A stretch of DNA of 63,414 nt, counting the filler, from Octopus bimaculoides (lineage: Eukaryota), in assembly GCF_001194135.2 (NCBI RefSeq). It is 6 parts of 5 records of this genome, joined end to end, with 100 filler letters (N's around TTAATTAATTAA, not from the genome) between each part and the next. Parts side by side here need not be neighbours in the genome. Positions count along the whole stretch, not along the records: positions 27,073 to 46,488 come from NC_068982.1; positions 46,589 to 52,335 come from NC_068996.1; positions 52,436 to 58,873 come from NW_026369931.1; 3 more parts are not named here. One strand, given 5' to 3'. A program made the translations under genes and the position numbers. The notes below the pieces were generated by a model. It saw only the letters and a list, made by a program, of their open reading frames with translations. It had not been told where the DNA came from and searched no databases. Shown here piece after piece: positions 41,724-54,429 of the stretch (the first letter of the stretch is position 1; the number at the start of each line of letters is the position of its first letter).

Positions 41724-43219
41724 TCTCTGATTGTGAATGCTTAAACGTGTTCTTAGTGTGATTCGTTTCTCACCACCACCAGCATCACCATCACCAACCT
41801 TACCAAACTAAATAAATAGAATAACAGTGAAGCATTTCTGATAAATGACAACCAGATCAATTCTAATACTTTTACACCTAATTTCCTAGTTATGCTCACT
41901 AGTGTATTTAACTATTTACTAGTTGCATACGCTAATATATTTATATGTTTACATATACACAAATATATCTTTAAATGTACAAATTATATACACAAGTATA
42001 TTCAAAAATTTGTACATAGGTATATCTATATATTCACAACCTATATTCGCAAATATATTTAATATATTCACAAGTTATATACACAAATATATTTTGATAT
42101 GTGCAGGTTATATATATACACAAGTATAGTTATATATTTACAAGTTATTTAGATTAATATATTTATATATTTACAAGTTATTCATACAAATATATATTTA
42201 TATAGTTACAAATTATTTACACACTGGGCATACCTATTTTTTCAAGGTGGTGCCCCAGCGTGGTCGTAGTCTGAAAGATAAAACAAGAAAAGCATATTTA
42301 TATATTTACAAGTTATGCATATATCATTATTTCGGTCCGACGAGTTGGAGGAGTGTATGTAACCTTTACAAGCCCTCCAAAGAGATACGCAATGTATATA
42401 ACCTTTTCTAGGACGGGAAATGTATGTAACCTTTACAAGCCTTCCAAGGAGATGAGAAATGTGCACAGCCTTCATAAGCCCTCCATAAAGATGGCGCATA
42501 ACCTTCAAAAGCCCTCCAAAACTAGTGAGATCGATGCAGTTAATGTTCTGCTTAAATATCTATAAATTATTGACTACAGGAAGACATGGGAAGTGAAGGA
42601 ATCCTAGATGGATGCATTCCAGTGGAAGAATGATATTATGTATTGAAACTATGGATCCTAGACTAAAGTTTCACTCACTCAACCTCTTTTGATCTTGATT
42701 TAAAAAAAGAAAGAAAGAAAGAAAGGCCTTTGTAGAAATAAATATACATTTAACTTATTTGTACCGAAAGAGATGCAACCAAAATAATTACATATTTGTT
42801 ACAATGCTCCGAGGTGTGCATTTACGAACCTAGACGATTGCAAGTGACTGCTAGATACACAGAAAAGGTTAAAGGTCAGTCTAAGCAAATATTTATAAAC
42901 AAGAAAAACAAGAAAATGAAATTGCTCTGCCTGTTATTTCTAGTTAAATTTCCCTTAAATCTCACCCTACATTCGGCTGAGTATATTAGACAGTGTAGCC
43001 TCCGATACATAAAAAAGACAGGAGCTATCACAGCTGCAGCATAGATCTGCTTGATGACGGCTGATCAAACAACTAGAACAATTTTAGGTTCAAGAACAAT
43101 GCCTATATATAAATTTGTTTTACTTGCCAAAAAATAGTAACCAGTCACCATGAAAGTATATAGACAACTAAAAAATAAACAAACAAGTAAAAATAACAAC
43201 AACAACTATAATAATGATG

Positions 43220-43292
<73 letters not shown>

Positions 43293-43799
43293 TACCAGGC
43301 ACTAGCTCTCATGGCTTATCTTAACTGATTGGAAATGTTATCATGTACAGGTTTTGTCTTGGTATAAAAGATGGCCCACAGCAAATATTCTGTTCAATAC
43401 TACAGATTTACTTATCAGTTAGTTGCTTGGCTTTAGCCAGTTGAGCATGTCACTTAGTGGCTGGTGATATGTGCATCTCTGATCACAAGCAGAAGTAGTG
43501 GGGAAGCATCATAGAGGAATTCTTTGGGGTTTGAATAATTCACCTCTGGAAACATGGGTGTTTCATTCAACATCCTTAAACAACCCTTATTCAGGGAACT
43601 TTTGAGCAGGATAGGCTACTCGGTCTTAAGAAAATTCTAGTTGGACCCCCACCTGCAAGGTCATGCGCTGTGTATCTTGTATGAGATCACCACGTCGCGC
43701 ACTTATGGTTGTGATGCATGTACCTATCAGACGGCTAAGCATGATGGGTATATTGGGCTTCGTATATTTGTACCTCAGTGTCACTTTGATGGCATGTGC

Positions 43800-44149
43800 T
43801 GCTCTAAAAGAAATGGGGAAACTTTCAAAATATAAGGATATGAAAATAAAGGCAACTTGAATGTAAAGCCTAAAAGCAGAAACAATTCCTATTATAGTAG
43901 GCGCATTAGGTATGATGAAAACAAATCATTCAGACAAATACATAATAACAGCTCCAGAACTTACAAGTATATATAACATACAGAAAATAGCACTACTAGG
44001 CACCGCAACATTCTTTATGAAATACTTTCAATACAGTGAAAATAAAAGCACTGCAACAAACCACAGTACATACCCAAGGCACACAGAGCTGCACTCGGTA
44101 GTGCAGTAAAAGCATGCGATAAAAATAAGACTACTGAATAAAAATAATA
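43800..44149 (+). mobile_element. 3' end of a second R4/Dong-like element
   Basis: Translates KEMGKLSKYKDM...KAETIPIIVGALGMMK...IQKIALLGTA, then a short 3' UTR ending aataaaaataata. Confidence 0.85.
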
Positions 44150-45938
44150 CTCCCTGAGTATTCGAAAAGTAAACCTTTTTCATTGCAAAAACACTACTGT
44201 AAAAAAGTATGGCGAATTTGAGGACGGACCTGACAGCATACGGAAGAAGTTTAAGGACAGTAGAAATCAGGAGGGGCATCCTCCAAGGGGACTGCCTGTC
44301 CCCACTGATCTTTGTACTGTGCTTGATACCACTAACACTGATTCTGAGGAAACAAAAGCTGGTATTCAAAAGCCGCCAACAAAAAGTCAACTATTTGTTA
44401 TTCAAGGATGACCTCAAACTTTATGGTAAAGATGAAGCCCAAGTCAGTTCCCTCGTTGATACAGTGTATACCTTCAGTGCTGATATCAGAATGGAGTTCG
44501 GACTGAGAAAGTGTGGTGTGTTAGTCTTGAAGAGAAGTAAAATCAAATGTATGGACGGGCTAGCGATACCGTCGTGGGAAGTTATGAAGCAAATAGAAGA
44601 GACGGGCTATAAGTACTTGGGGATTTTGGAAATGGATAAATTGATGGAGAAAGAAATGACAGAAAAATTTAAGGCGAAGTATTTGCGCAGACTGAGACTG
44701 ATCCTTAAGTCGAAGTTAAACGGCTGGAATAAGATTGAAGCTGTCAACACCTGGGCGGTTTCACTCCTTAGATATGGAGCAGGGGTAATCGCATGGACAG
44801 TAGACAAACTAAACAGCTTAGACAGAAAGACAAGGAAGTTTCTAACTAGATATGGGACACTTAATCCAAAAAGTGACACAGACAGACTATATGTACCAAG
44901 AAAAAGAGGGGGAATAGGACTTACTGGTTTCGAACACAGCATTAGAGCAGAAGAAAACAACATAGCATAGTATTTAAAAAATGCCACAGACCGCTATTAT
45001 TAGAGGTAAGAAGGTCAGGTTTGTGTAGGATGAAAGATTGCAAAGTTAAAGCACTGTACAAACAATTAAAAACGAATGAAACTGAAAATAGATGGGTTAA
45101 AAAAAAAGAATGCATGGACAATTTCATAGGGACATTGAAGATAAGACAGACAGAGAAAAAATATGGCTGTGGATGACTAAAAGTGATTTAAAACCGGAAA
45201 CAGAGGATCTAATTTGTGCAGACCAAGTCAAGCTCTAAGAACAAACTACATAAGATACAGAGTAGACAGCACATCAGAAAGTGATAAGTGCAGAATCTGT
45301 GGACAAAATGGTGAAACCCTATGGCATATTACCAGCCAATGTACGCCACTAGCCCAGAAGGAATATAAGAGACGCCATGGCAATATAGGCAGGCTTGTCC
45401 ATTGGACGCTTTGCGACAAGTATGGTCTTGACAGAGAAAAAAATTGGTACGACCATAAACCCGAAGGCATCATAGAAAATGATAATGCAAAGATCCTATG
45501 GGGTTTTATGATTCAGTGTGATCATGAGATAGAAAATAGGAACCTAGATAAAGTCTCCATAGAGAAAAAAAGTAAACTATGCTGGATCATATATATATAG
45601 CATGCCCAGCTGACAACAAGGTATGCGATAAGGAAGAAAGAAAAGTTGATAGGTATGACAGGTTAGCTTGGGAGGTAAGGCAGTTGTGGTCGATGAAAAA
45701 GGTGATAGTCTTACCAATAATTGTCGGAGCCCTGGGAACAGTGAGTAAAAATCTCGAGAAGTACATGGAACAAATAGGGGCTGCAATAAAGGTGGAGCAC
45801 TTGCAGAAAACAGCACTGCTTGGAACCGCTCGAATACTCCGGAAGGTGCTCGAAAAATAAGAGGTGTTACCTTAGTTCACTGGCAGTGAACAGCTGACAC
45901 CGTAGTGCACCTCCAGCGTTAAAAGCTGTGCAAAGGCA
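44150..45938 (+). mobile_element. 5'-truncated, decayed R4/Dong-clade non-LTR retrotransposon (RT + CCHC finger + restriction-like endonuclease)
   Basis: ORF 44209-44970 has RT motifs RRGILQGDCLSPLIF, LFKDDLKLY, YKYLG and DRLYVPRKRGGIGL. ORF 45214-45600 has CRICGQNGETLWHITSQC and KRRH. ORF 45579-45860 has IACP, YDRLA and VLPIIVGALG...LQKTALLGTARILRKV. Stops and frameshifts are present; a (GAT)n/(AAT)n tail follows. Confidence 0.92.
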
Positions 45939-45977
45939 ATGATGATGATGATAATGATGATGATGATGATGATGATG

Positions 45978-46038
<61 letters not shown>

Positions 46039-46042
46039 TAAT

Positions 46043-46101
<59 letters not shown>
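45939..46101. repeat. (GAT)n grading into (AAT)n; tail and target tract between R4/Dong elements
   Basis: Read directly. Confidence 0.95.
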
Positions 46102-46103
<2 letters not shown>

Positions 46104-46488
46104 GCTTTACCAAGGAAATAGATATAGTACATGGCTTTACCAAGGAAATAGATATGAAATTCGGATTAGAAAAATGTGCCAAAGCAACCCTGAAAAGAGG
46201 AAAATTAGTTAAAATTAGCAATATAACACTAGATAAAGCCAATGAAATAAGAGAACTAGACGAAAGCTAACCATACAAATATTTAGGAGTCAATGAACTA
46301 GATAGAATACAACACATACAAATGAAAGAAAAAATAAAGAAAGAGAACTATAGACGAGTTAGATCAATACTAAAAACAGAGCTCAATGCTAAAAACAAGA
46401 TAATGGGTATCAACACTTTAGCTGTCCCAGTTATAAGCTACAGCTACAACATCCTTAACTGGACACTAAATGAACTATCTAAAATAGA
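46101..46488 (+). mobile_element. 5'-truncated third R4/Dong-like element (RT thumb region), running into a gap
   Basis: Translates GFTKEIDMKFGLEKCAKATLKRGKLV...YKYLGVNE...MKEKIKKENYRRVRSILKTELNAKNKIMGINTLAVPVISYS. It starts directly after the (AAT)n tract. Confidence 0.88.
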
Positions 46489-46611
46489 NNNNNNNNNNNN
46501 NNNNNNNNNNNNNNNNNNNNNNNNNNNNNNNNTTAATTAATTAANNNNNNNNNNNNNNNNNNNNNNNNNNNNNNNNNNNNNNNNNNNNCATCATCATCAT
46601 CATCATTATCC

Positions 46612-46825
46612 TGGCAGAATTGTTAGCACACCGGATAGGAGGCTTAGCGGCATTTCGTCCGTCCCTACGTTCTGAGTTCAAACGCCGCCGAGGTCGACTT
46701 TGCCTTTCATCCATTTTTTGTGTGGAGAGGGGGGGGGCGCGATAAATTAGCACCAGCGAGACACTGTAAACAACTAGCCTCCTCCCCCAAAAGTTCAGGC
46801 CTTGTGCCTATACTAGAAGGGATTA
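46612..46825 (+). mobile_element. SINE family B copy followed by a (TTG)/(TTA)n tail
   Basis: tggcagaatt gttagcac...ctgagttcaaacgccgccgaggtcgactttgcctttcatcc...ccttgtgcc. Confidence 0.8.
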
Positions 46826-46862
46826 TCATTGTTGTTGGTGTTGTTATGTATTATTATGATCA

Positions 46863-46903
<41 letters not shown>

Positions 46904-47644
46904 TTTATTATTTTTATTATTATTATTAACTACTTATGAATTTGTATGATGATTTGTCGTTTAAGACTAGTCTTCATTACAGAGATACATTAAAGCCATT
47001 AATTCCGAATACTATCATTAGCACCAAATTCCTCAGTTTCTGATTCTGTAATGTCGAATATGTCCCGGTTGACCTCTGTCGCTAAGACACTAAACTGTGT
47101 TTATTGTGCATATGTGTGTGTGTGTCTGTGTGTGTCTGTGTGTATGTGTATAAATATCAATGTGTGTGTGTGTGTATAAATATCAATGTATATGTTTATA
47201 AATATATTCATATATACGGAGAAAAAAAAGTCAGCACTGCAACAACAAAAGAGTATTTTGTTAAATAGAAAACAAAAGCAAAAAGTTGAAAATAATAAAA
47301 ATAATCAACTAAAAAAGATTATTATTTGCAAGATAATCGATAAGTATCGCACGCAATAATACACCCATACACACACACATATACACGCATATACGCATAC
47401 GCACACACAATGTACAGATGGTGCGTATACGAATGATTGTGTGTGCCTTTTGTGTGGTGTATTGAGTGCAAATTGTGTGTGCTTGTGTGCTTGTGTGTGT
47501 GTGTGTGCGTGTGTGTCTGTCTGTCTGTGTGTAACATACTTTACATAGATAGTTTGCCGCTATATGTCTATTGAACACTTTAATGCTTTTTATACACGCT
47601 AACACACGCACACATGCACTTAATTCTGTGAGTCTATGTATTTA

Positions 47645-48060
47645 TGTTATGTATATATGTACATGTATGTATGTATGTATGTATGTATGTATGTATGTAT
47701 GTATGATGTATGTATGTATGTATGTATGTATGTATGTACGTACGTACGTACGTATGTATGTATGTATGTACGTATGTATGTATGTACGTATGTATGTATT
47801 ATGTATGTATGTATGTATGTATGATGTATGTACGTATGTACGTATGTATGTACGTATGTATGTATGTACGTATGTATGTATGTATGTATGTATGTATATA
47901 TGTATGTACGTATGTACGTATGTATGTACGTATGTATGTATGTATGTATGTATGTATGTATGTATGTATGTATGCATGTATGTATGTATGTATGTACGTA
48001 CGTATGTATGTATGTATGTATGTATGTATGTATCTATGTATGTATGTATGTATGTGTGTG
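47645..48060. repeat. (ATGT)n/(ACGT) tetranucleotide microsatellite
   Basis: Read directly. Confidence 0.95.
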
Positions 48061-48429
48061 TAACAGTGTATGCAAGCGCGCGCGTTCGCGTATGCACACA
48101 CGCACGCGCACGCATATATACATATAACATATATGTGCCCGTGAGTATATGAATGCATGCATGCGTGTGTATGGAAGGTGAGGGAAAGGGGGAGAGAGGA
48201 AAAAGAGAGTTGTTCTGGTCAATGGCAGTGCAATGAAGGGTACAATGGAACAGAGAGGAAAAGGGAGAGTGAGCGAATGCACTGGCAAAGAAGGCGAGAG
48301 GACTTATGACAGTTTCATACATATAGAAAATATATAATAAATTATAAATTATAATAAATTATATTTTATCATTATGTATTTATAAATATACAGACATGAT
48401 TATATAAATACTCGCACATATATATATAC

Positions 48430-48493
<64 letters not shown>

Positions 48494-49249
48494 NNNNNNN
48501 NNNNNNNNNNNNNNNNNNNNNNNNNNNNNNNNNNNNNNNNNNNNNNNNNNNNNNNNNNNNNNNNNNNNNNNNNNNNNNNNNNNNNNNNNNNNNNNNNNNN
48601 NNNNNNNNNNNNNNNNNNNNNNNNNNNNNNNNNNNNNNNNNNNNNNNNNNNNNNNNNNNNNNNNNNNNNNNNNNNNNNNNNNNNNNNNNNNNNNNNNNNN
48701 NNNNNNNNNNNNNNNNNNNNNNNNNNNNNNNNNNNNNNNNNNNNNNNNNNNNNNNNNNNNNNNNNNNNNNNNNNNNNNNNNNNNNNNNNNNNNNNNNNNN
48801 NNNNNNNNNNNNNNNNNNNNNNNNNNNNNNNNNNNNNNNNNNNNNNNNNNNNNNNNNNNNNNNNNNNNNNNNNNNNNNNNNNNNNNNNNNNNNNNNNNNN
48901 NNNNNNNNNNNNNNNNNNNNNNNNNNNNNNNNNNNNNNNNNNNNNNNNNNNNNNNNNNNNNNNNNNNNNNNNNNNNNNNNNNNNNNNNNNNNNNNNNNNN
49001 NNNNNNNNNNNNNNNNNNNNNNNNNNNNNNNNNNNNNNNNNNNNNNNNNNNNNNNNNNNNNNNNNNNNNNNNNNNNNNNNNNNNNNNNNNNNNNNNNNNN
49101 NNNNNNNNNNNNNNNNNNNNNNNNNNNNNNNNNNNNNNNNNNNNNNNNNNNNNNNNNNNNNNNNNNNNNNNNNNNNNNNNNNNNNNNNNNNNNNNNNNNN
49201 NNNNNNNNNNNNNNNNNNNNNNNNNNNNNNNATATATGTAGATGTTTGT

Positions 49250-49465
49250 GTGTTTTTGTTTGTCCCCCCACACACACATAGCTTCACAACCGACGTTGGT
49301 GTGGTTACGTCCCCGTAACTTAGCGGTTCGACAAAAAGTGACCGATAGAATAAGTACTACACTTACAAGGAATAAGTCCTGGGGTAGATTTGTTCGACTA
49401 AAGGCGGTGCTCCAGCATGGCCACAGTCAAATGACTGAAACAAATAAAAGAATTAAAAAATAAAA
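49250..49465 (+). mobile_element. SINE family A 3' half (5' half in a gap)
   Basis: tttgtcccccca...gtccccgtaacttagcggttcg...aatgactgaaacaaataaaagaa. Confidence 0.8.
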
Positions 49466-49504
49466 GAATGTACACGCACATCTATGCATATATTTTCATA
49501 TATA

Positions 49505-49842
49505 CTGTATTTTCCGGCATATAAGGAGCACTTTTTTCCCCCAAAAAGTTCTCTTCAAAAGTCACCCTTGCGCTTTATGTGCTGAAGGTAAGGTTTTGGG
49601 TATGCTTGGTTAGTGTTATTAACAATGAACAGTACTGTTGACGGTGGAAGTCAGTGGTGATATTTGATAGTGTTAAGGTAAGTATTGTAACTTAGCCGAC
49701 CACAAAGGCTTGCAAAAGGACATCAGTCTAAATTTTTTCATGGTTCCTATATATGAAAATATATGTGCGATATCCAGCGTGGGGATTCGGAGTTAGCTGC
49801 CTACCAAAGTTAGGGGTGCACCGTATATTCCCCAAAATACGA
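49505..49842. mobile_element. Non-autonomous Tc1/mariner-superfamily (Tc2/pogo-like) MITE
   Basis: TA-flanked imperfect TIRs: CTGTATTTTCCGGCATATAAGGAGCAC versus the right-end reverse complement TCGTATTTTGGGGAATATACGGTGCAC. Confidence 0.7.
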
Positions 49843-50029
49843 TATGTATACTAAGATACGTGCATACGTACGTACGTATATACATAAGTAAAGAGACCAG
49901 CTAACATGAATCTTTCAAATACAGCATAAAAGAATATGCTTAAACTTTCCTTCAGTTCAATATATAACAATTATTGTTGTTGTGGTTCAAATTGCAATGG
50001 TGGAGCTTTTGTTTCTATCACATTTAGGG

Positions 50030-50290
50030 CCATTCGTAGCATCCTTCTGTAGCACCCGTTTGATAATTTATTTGTCAGTGTCCATGTTCATTGTCGTATA
50101 ACTACTTATTCGACAGTTGCAATGAACAGTTTGATTTTGATTTGCCAGGGCAATTTGGAGTTCTAAGTCTCTTTTAGTTTGTAACAGGCTGTCCATACTT
50201 GTACCTTCTTGATCTTGATGTCTGTTTCCCAAGCTGCTCACCCAACCACCTAAGAACTTGAAGTCTTCAGTAACATTCAATTTGGAACTA
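50030..50290 (-). mobile_element. Decayed LINE (RTE-like) RT fragment
   Basis: VTEDFKFLGGWVSS, then frameshifted motifs resembling IKIKKVQAWTACYKLKEIWNSKLPWQIKIKLFIATVE. Confidence 0.65.
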
Positions 50291-50390
50291 TAATATTAAT
50301 AAGTTTGTTTCTTTGTTACAAACCAACTCTCTCTTTTAAAAGAAAATCCCCAAAATGAAGACATACATACATACATGCATGCATGCATGA

Positions 50391-50421
<31 letters not shown>

Positions 50422-51649
50422 CATACATACATGCATAGATATGTACGCATATTCATGGTGGTTGTTACCTCAGAGACCCGTATGACCATCTTTGAAAATT
50501 ATCCTACCCTAAATGTTAGCAATGCCCGTGCTGAAATTTAAAGTCAATAGCAGTTTATACAGCCACAAATACTCCCAGTTATAAAGCTAAATAGCTCAGA
50601 AACAAGTAAGAGAAATATCTCCGGTTTTGCAATTAAACATCCTAGAGCGATGTCAAAACAAAGACTAAGGGATTTCTCACTACCAATCTTTTTGAACGTC
50701 GTTGACTCTACCGAGTTCATCCGTCCTTTGAGAAATTTCGGTTTTCGTTTTGCAGGCTGTCCAACGAAAAGCATCCTCCTTTCCAAGCAGGCTGGGTTGT
50801 GTTGTCAGTTTACTTACCAACTGTGCGATACGTACTTGGTTAAATGTTACCAGTAGTACTAAGTGTGACTTGACACATACATCCATCCATCCATCCATAC
50901 ATACATACATACATACATACATTGCATTAAGCTATGTACCTCCAGGTTTACGCAAAAACCTAGAAATAATAGGTTTTTCGAAGAAAGAGCAAAAGAAACT
51001 GACGCGGATTCTCCAAATTCAGCCTATTAGCGAAACAGTAAAGATTTTAAAGATATTTAAAAATTCTCCATCTGAAATTCATTAGACGAATAGATGCTCA
51101 CTCTTAGGCGAGCGTATTGACAGCTCAACAACATATTTACAAACACCGAGAACTCTCTTAACTCAAAAACGTTTGTGGCTTTGTTAGCAACCAACTTGAA
51201 CTCTCTCAAGAAGACCTTGAATAAAACTCAAAGAAAAATCATAAATACATACATATATGCATGCGCACGTACATATATAGATACCGTTAAGAACCGAAGC
51301 TGTCACTATGGTCACAACTAGAATTAGGCTATCAACAGGAATATTTCAGAGTGACAATTTTATCTGCAATGCGTTTCGTCCAAGCAGTAAAGCCCCTACC
51401 AGCATTGTTAAAGAAATACAAAGGCTATATGATAGGAACTGCAGATGAAAAAATATTAATTTCACCCACAATTTTTTTTAATGGTCTACTGAAATAATTA
51501 ATATTTACGACACCAAAAGACGGTTGGAACTGGTCACAATATTCTCACGGGACAAAGGAAAAGGGTTGGGTCAGAACAAGCGTTCACATTTAGCAGTCAA
51601 ACAAGGAAAGATTGTCGACCAGGCAAGGAATATGAATATCGATTTAAAA

Positions 51650-51845
51650 TTTTGGCGCAAGGCCAGCAATTTCGGGGAAGAGAGTAAGTTGATTATAATG
51701 ACCACAGTGATCAAATGGTACTTATTCTATCGACTCCGAAAGGATGAAAGGCAAAGTCGACCTCGGCAGAATTTGAACTCAGAACATAAAAACGTACGAA
51801 GTGCCGCTAAACATTTTGCCCAGTTTGCTAACGGTTCTGCCAGCT
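51650..51845 (-). mobile_element. tRNA-derived SINE family B (central domain gccgaggtcgactttgcctttcatcc)
   Basis: Reverse strand reads agctggcagaaccgttagc...ttctgagttcaaattctgccgaggtcgactttgcctttcatcctttcggagtcgatagaataagtacc. Homologous copies at about 2250-2450(+), 3100-3310(-), 3440-3650(-), 24380-24595(-), 32150-32275(+), 46612-46825(+) and 60640-60790(-). Confidence 0.8.
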
Positions 51846-51984
51846 ATCTATCACCAGTGATGTTACAAATATCTTAAAATCGATGAGAATATTGCATACG
51901 TGGTGCTATGAGTAAAGTTAGAGTGACAAAAGAGTATTTCAGACTTCAGAAGATATAAAAGTCAATGTTTCCGCAGGACGCGAG

Positions 51985-52130
51985 ACTGCACACTTGAAAA
52001 AAAATGAACAACTTGGACATCAACACAAGAAGAACACTAACAAAGATTGATAACTTCCACATCAACAATGACGCTGATAAAATTTACGTTAAACGTAGGG
52101 AAGGAAGCAGAGGCTAGAAGATGGCCATTT
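51985..52130 (+). mobile_element. Short R4/Dong-like fragment
   Basis: Translates MNNLDINTRRTLTKIDNFHINNDADKIYVKRREGSRG*, homologous to the LDRKTRK...SDTDRLYVPRKRGGIG segment of the element at 44150. Confidence 0.65.
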
Positions 52131-52434
52131 ATAGATTTATAAATTATATAACACTGCAGATCTTTCGTAATCAGTTCTTTACTCCAAAATAATTCTAGAG
52201 TTATAAAGCTTTCAGACAGTCCTTCAGAAGTTCAAACTGTTAAATTTCTTCCAATTACATCCTTGCAGTCGTCAGTGACCGGATCGCAGTTGGTGCGACG
52301 AAAATTTTGAAAAAAAAAAAAAAAAAAAAAAAAAANNNNNNNNNNNNNNNNNNNNNNNNNNNNNNNNNNNNNNNNNNNNTTAATTAATTAANNNNNNNNN
52401 NNNNNNNNNNNNNNNNNNNNNNNNNNNNNNNNNN

Positions 52435-53330
52435 NGAGAAAGATTACACATGTTGGTCAAGCAGACAATAAAACACTTGGAGAAAGGGCACAAATCACAG
52501 CGACTATCTAGATAGCATTCCAGTATTAACAGCAGATAAGAATACTGACCAGATCTATAATATGGATGAAATACCTGTATATGTTGATATGTTGAGTTCA
52601 ACAACCATAGACTTTATTGGCAATAAAAATGCAGATGCTAGCCACGGTGGTGCTACCAAAGCTCATTTTACTGTTGTGTTGTGTGTTAATGCTGCAGCAA
52701 AGGTGTTGAAAACAATGATTATCCTTAAAGGATTGAAAAATGTGCCCAAAGAATATTTACTTAACAGTCTCCAACAGGGGATCAATCACATATGAACCCA
52801 TGCAGCTGAGGGTTGACAAAGTGTTTGGGCAGAGAACAGCACAACTGTTCCATGCTCAAAATTCAGTGCTATTCACAGATGAATGCTTAGTTAACAAGAA
52901 AACAGAGCTTCTAGAAGTGTTCAAACGTAAGAATACAATTCTTAACCTTATACCTCCTAAAGCAACATCTTACTTGCAGCCGTTAGATGTATCAGTTATT
53001 GGTCCTTTCAAGAATGCCCTTCATGCTGAATGGAAGAATTGGTTTTCAAATGGCAAAAAGGAGTATACAAATAAAGGATATTGCAAAAAAACCTTCTTAT
53101 CAAGAGATAGTGAACTTTGTGACCCAAGCTGTTGCCACTTTAAATAAAGAAACTACAAAGTGTGCTTTTGAATGTTGTGGAGTTGCTCCTTGTGGACAGA
53201 CTGTAAAACATAGCCTCTTAAACACATGCTTACAGGATGTTTTGTCTGGTCTTGATGTAAATGTACCAGATGCACATAATGACAAAATTGAAAAAGATGA
53301 GATACAAGTAAACGAAATTTGCTGATGTGA
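52435..53330 (+). mobile_element. Decayed pogo/Tigger-type (DDE_1) DNA transposase
   Basis: Frameshifted ORFs: RKITHVGQ...DQIYNMDEIPVYVDM...FTVVLCVNAAAKVLKTMIILKG...LIPPKATSYLQPLDVSVIGPFKNAL...KPSYQEIVNFVTQA...CAFECCGV. The NMDE and LQPLDV catalytic-region motifs are typical of the pogo family. Confidence 0.88.
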
Positions 53331-53569
53331 ATTATGGCCAAGCAACAAATGAAGAAATTTGTGATATTTAACTTGAAACTATTTGGTTATTATTCAATCA
53401 TTATTTGTTCATATGGGGCTTCTATTCATGTTTTCAACAGTTTCATTTTCAATATTTCCTAATAGATCCACCGTTAACTTCAGAATATTTTTTGATATGC
53501 TACTTCTTCTAAGGCTGTTTCAGTTTTTTTATGTTTATATATCACTGTGTATAAACTGCAGTTGAATCA

Positions 53570-54063
53570 CAGGTAGATTAACAGATAAAGTCGTCTTTGT
53601 ATGTGGCAGATGTGCAGGAACAATAAGTTTAGGTAACCAAATTAGCAATGGTGGAGGATGCTCTAAAAGTATTGTTTCTAGAATAAGAATAGGGTGGAGA
53701 AAGTTCAGAGAGCTATTACCTCTGTTGGCAACAGAAGGACTCTCTCTAAGAGTGAAAGGTAGACTGTATGATGCTTGGGTGTGAATGGCTATACTCCATG
53801 GTAGTGAGACATGGGCCCTGAATGCAGAAGACATGCATAGACTGGAGAGAAATGAAGGTAGTATGCTCTGTTGTATGTGCAACATCAGTGCACATGTACG
53901 ACAAAGTGCAAATGTATTGAGAGAAAAGTTGGGTATAAGAGGAATCAAATGTAGCATGCAAGAGAGAAGACTACAATGGTTTGGACATGTGATGCGTATG
54001 AATGAAGACAGTTTCTTAAAGAAGTGCCAATCACTGAAATTGAATGGTACTTGTGGAAGAGGG
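53570..54063 (+). mobile_element. RTE-clade LINE, 3' coding part, interrupted at 54064
   Basis: Translates LGNQISNGGGCSKSIVSRIRIGWRKFRELLPLL...LHGSETWALNAEDMHRLERNE...ERRLQWFGHVMRM...GTCGRG. It resumes at 54430 as GKPRKMWDEVVRTDLR. Confidence 0.85.
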
Positions 54064-54429
54064 TATAATGGGAGGCAAGGTTCATGATATCGGCTGAATA
54101 TCGACTTCTCCCATTAATTTTTGTTCCTTGTGTTGTTTCAGGCTTCAGCAGGCGAGGAAAGAAGTCTTAAGTAAAATGCAAATTCTCAACCAGCTTTATT
54201 TACAAGTTACACAGAAGGTGAAGTGTGTTGCTCTCCGTATGCCATCTCAAGCTGTGTGAATAAAAGATAGAATCTGTTTTGCTGGGCCCTTATATCTAGT
54301 TTGCCATCACGAGCCTTGTGATATCGCGCATGGCAAATGGATGCAGGTGAGTCTCGCTCCAGTCTCGGAGATGGCAATGGCTGCCACGAGATCTCATCCA
54401 ATATGGCGCTGACTGCTTGTGCTGCTACA
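54064..54429 (-). mobile_element. Candidate solo LTR (366 bp) with a 4-bp target-site duplication
   Basis: AGGG is duplicated at 54060-54063 and 54430-54433, and removing the insert rejoins the RTE reading frame. Minus strand starts TGTAG and ends TTATA (TG..CA with one change), with ATATAAG followed by AATAAA. Confidence 0.6.
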
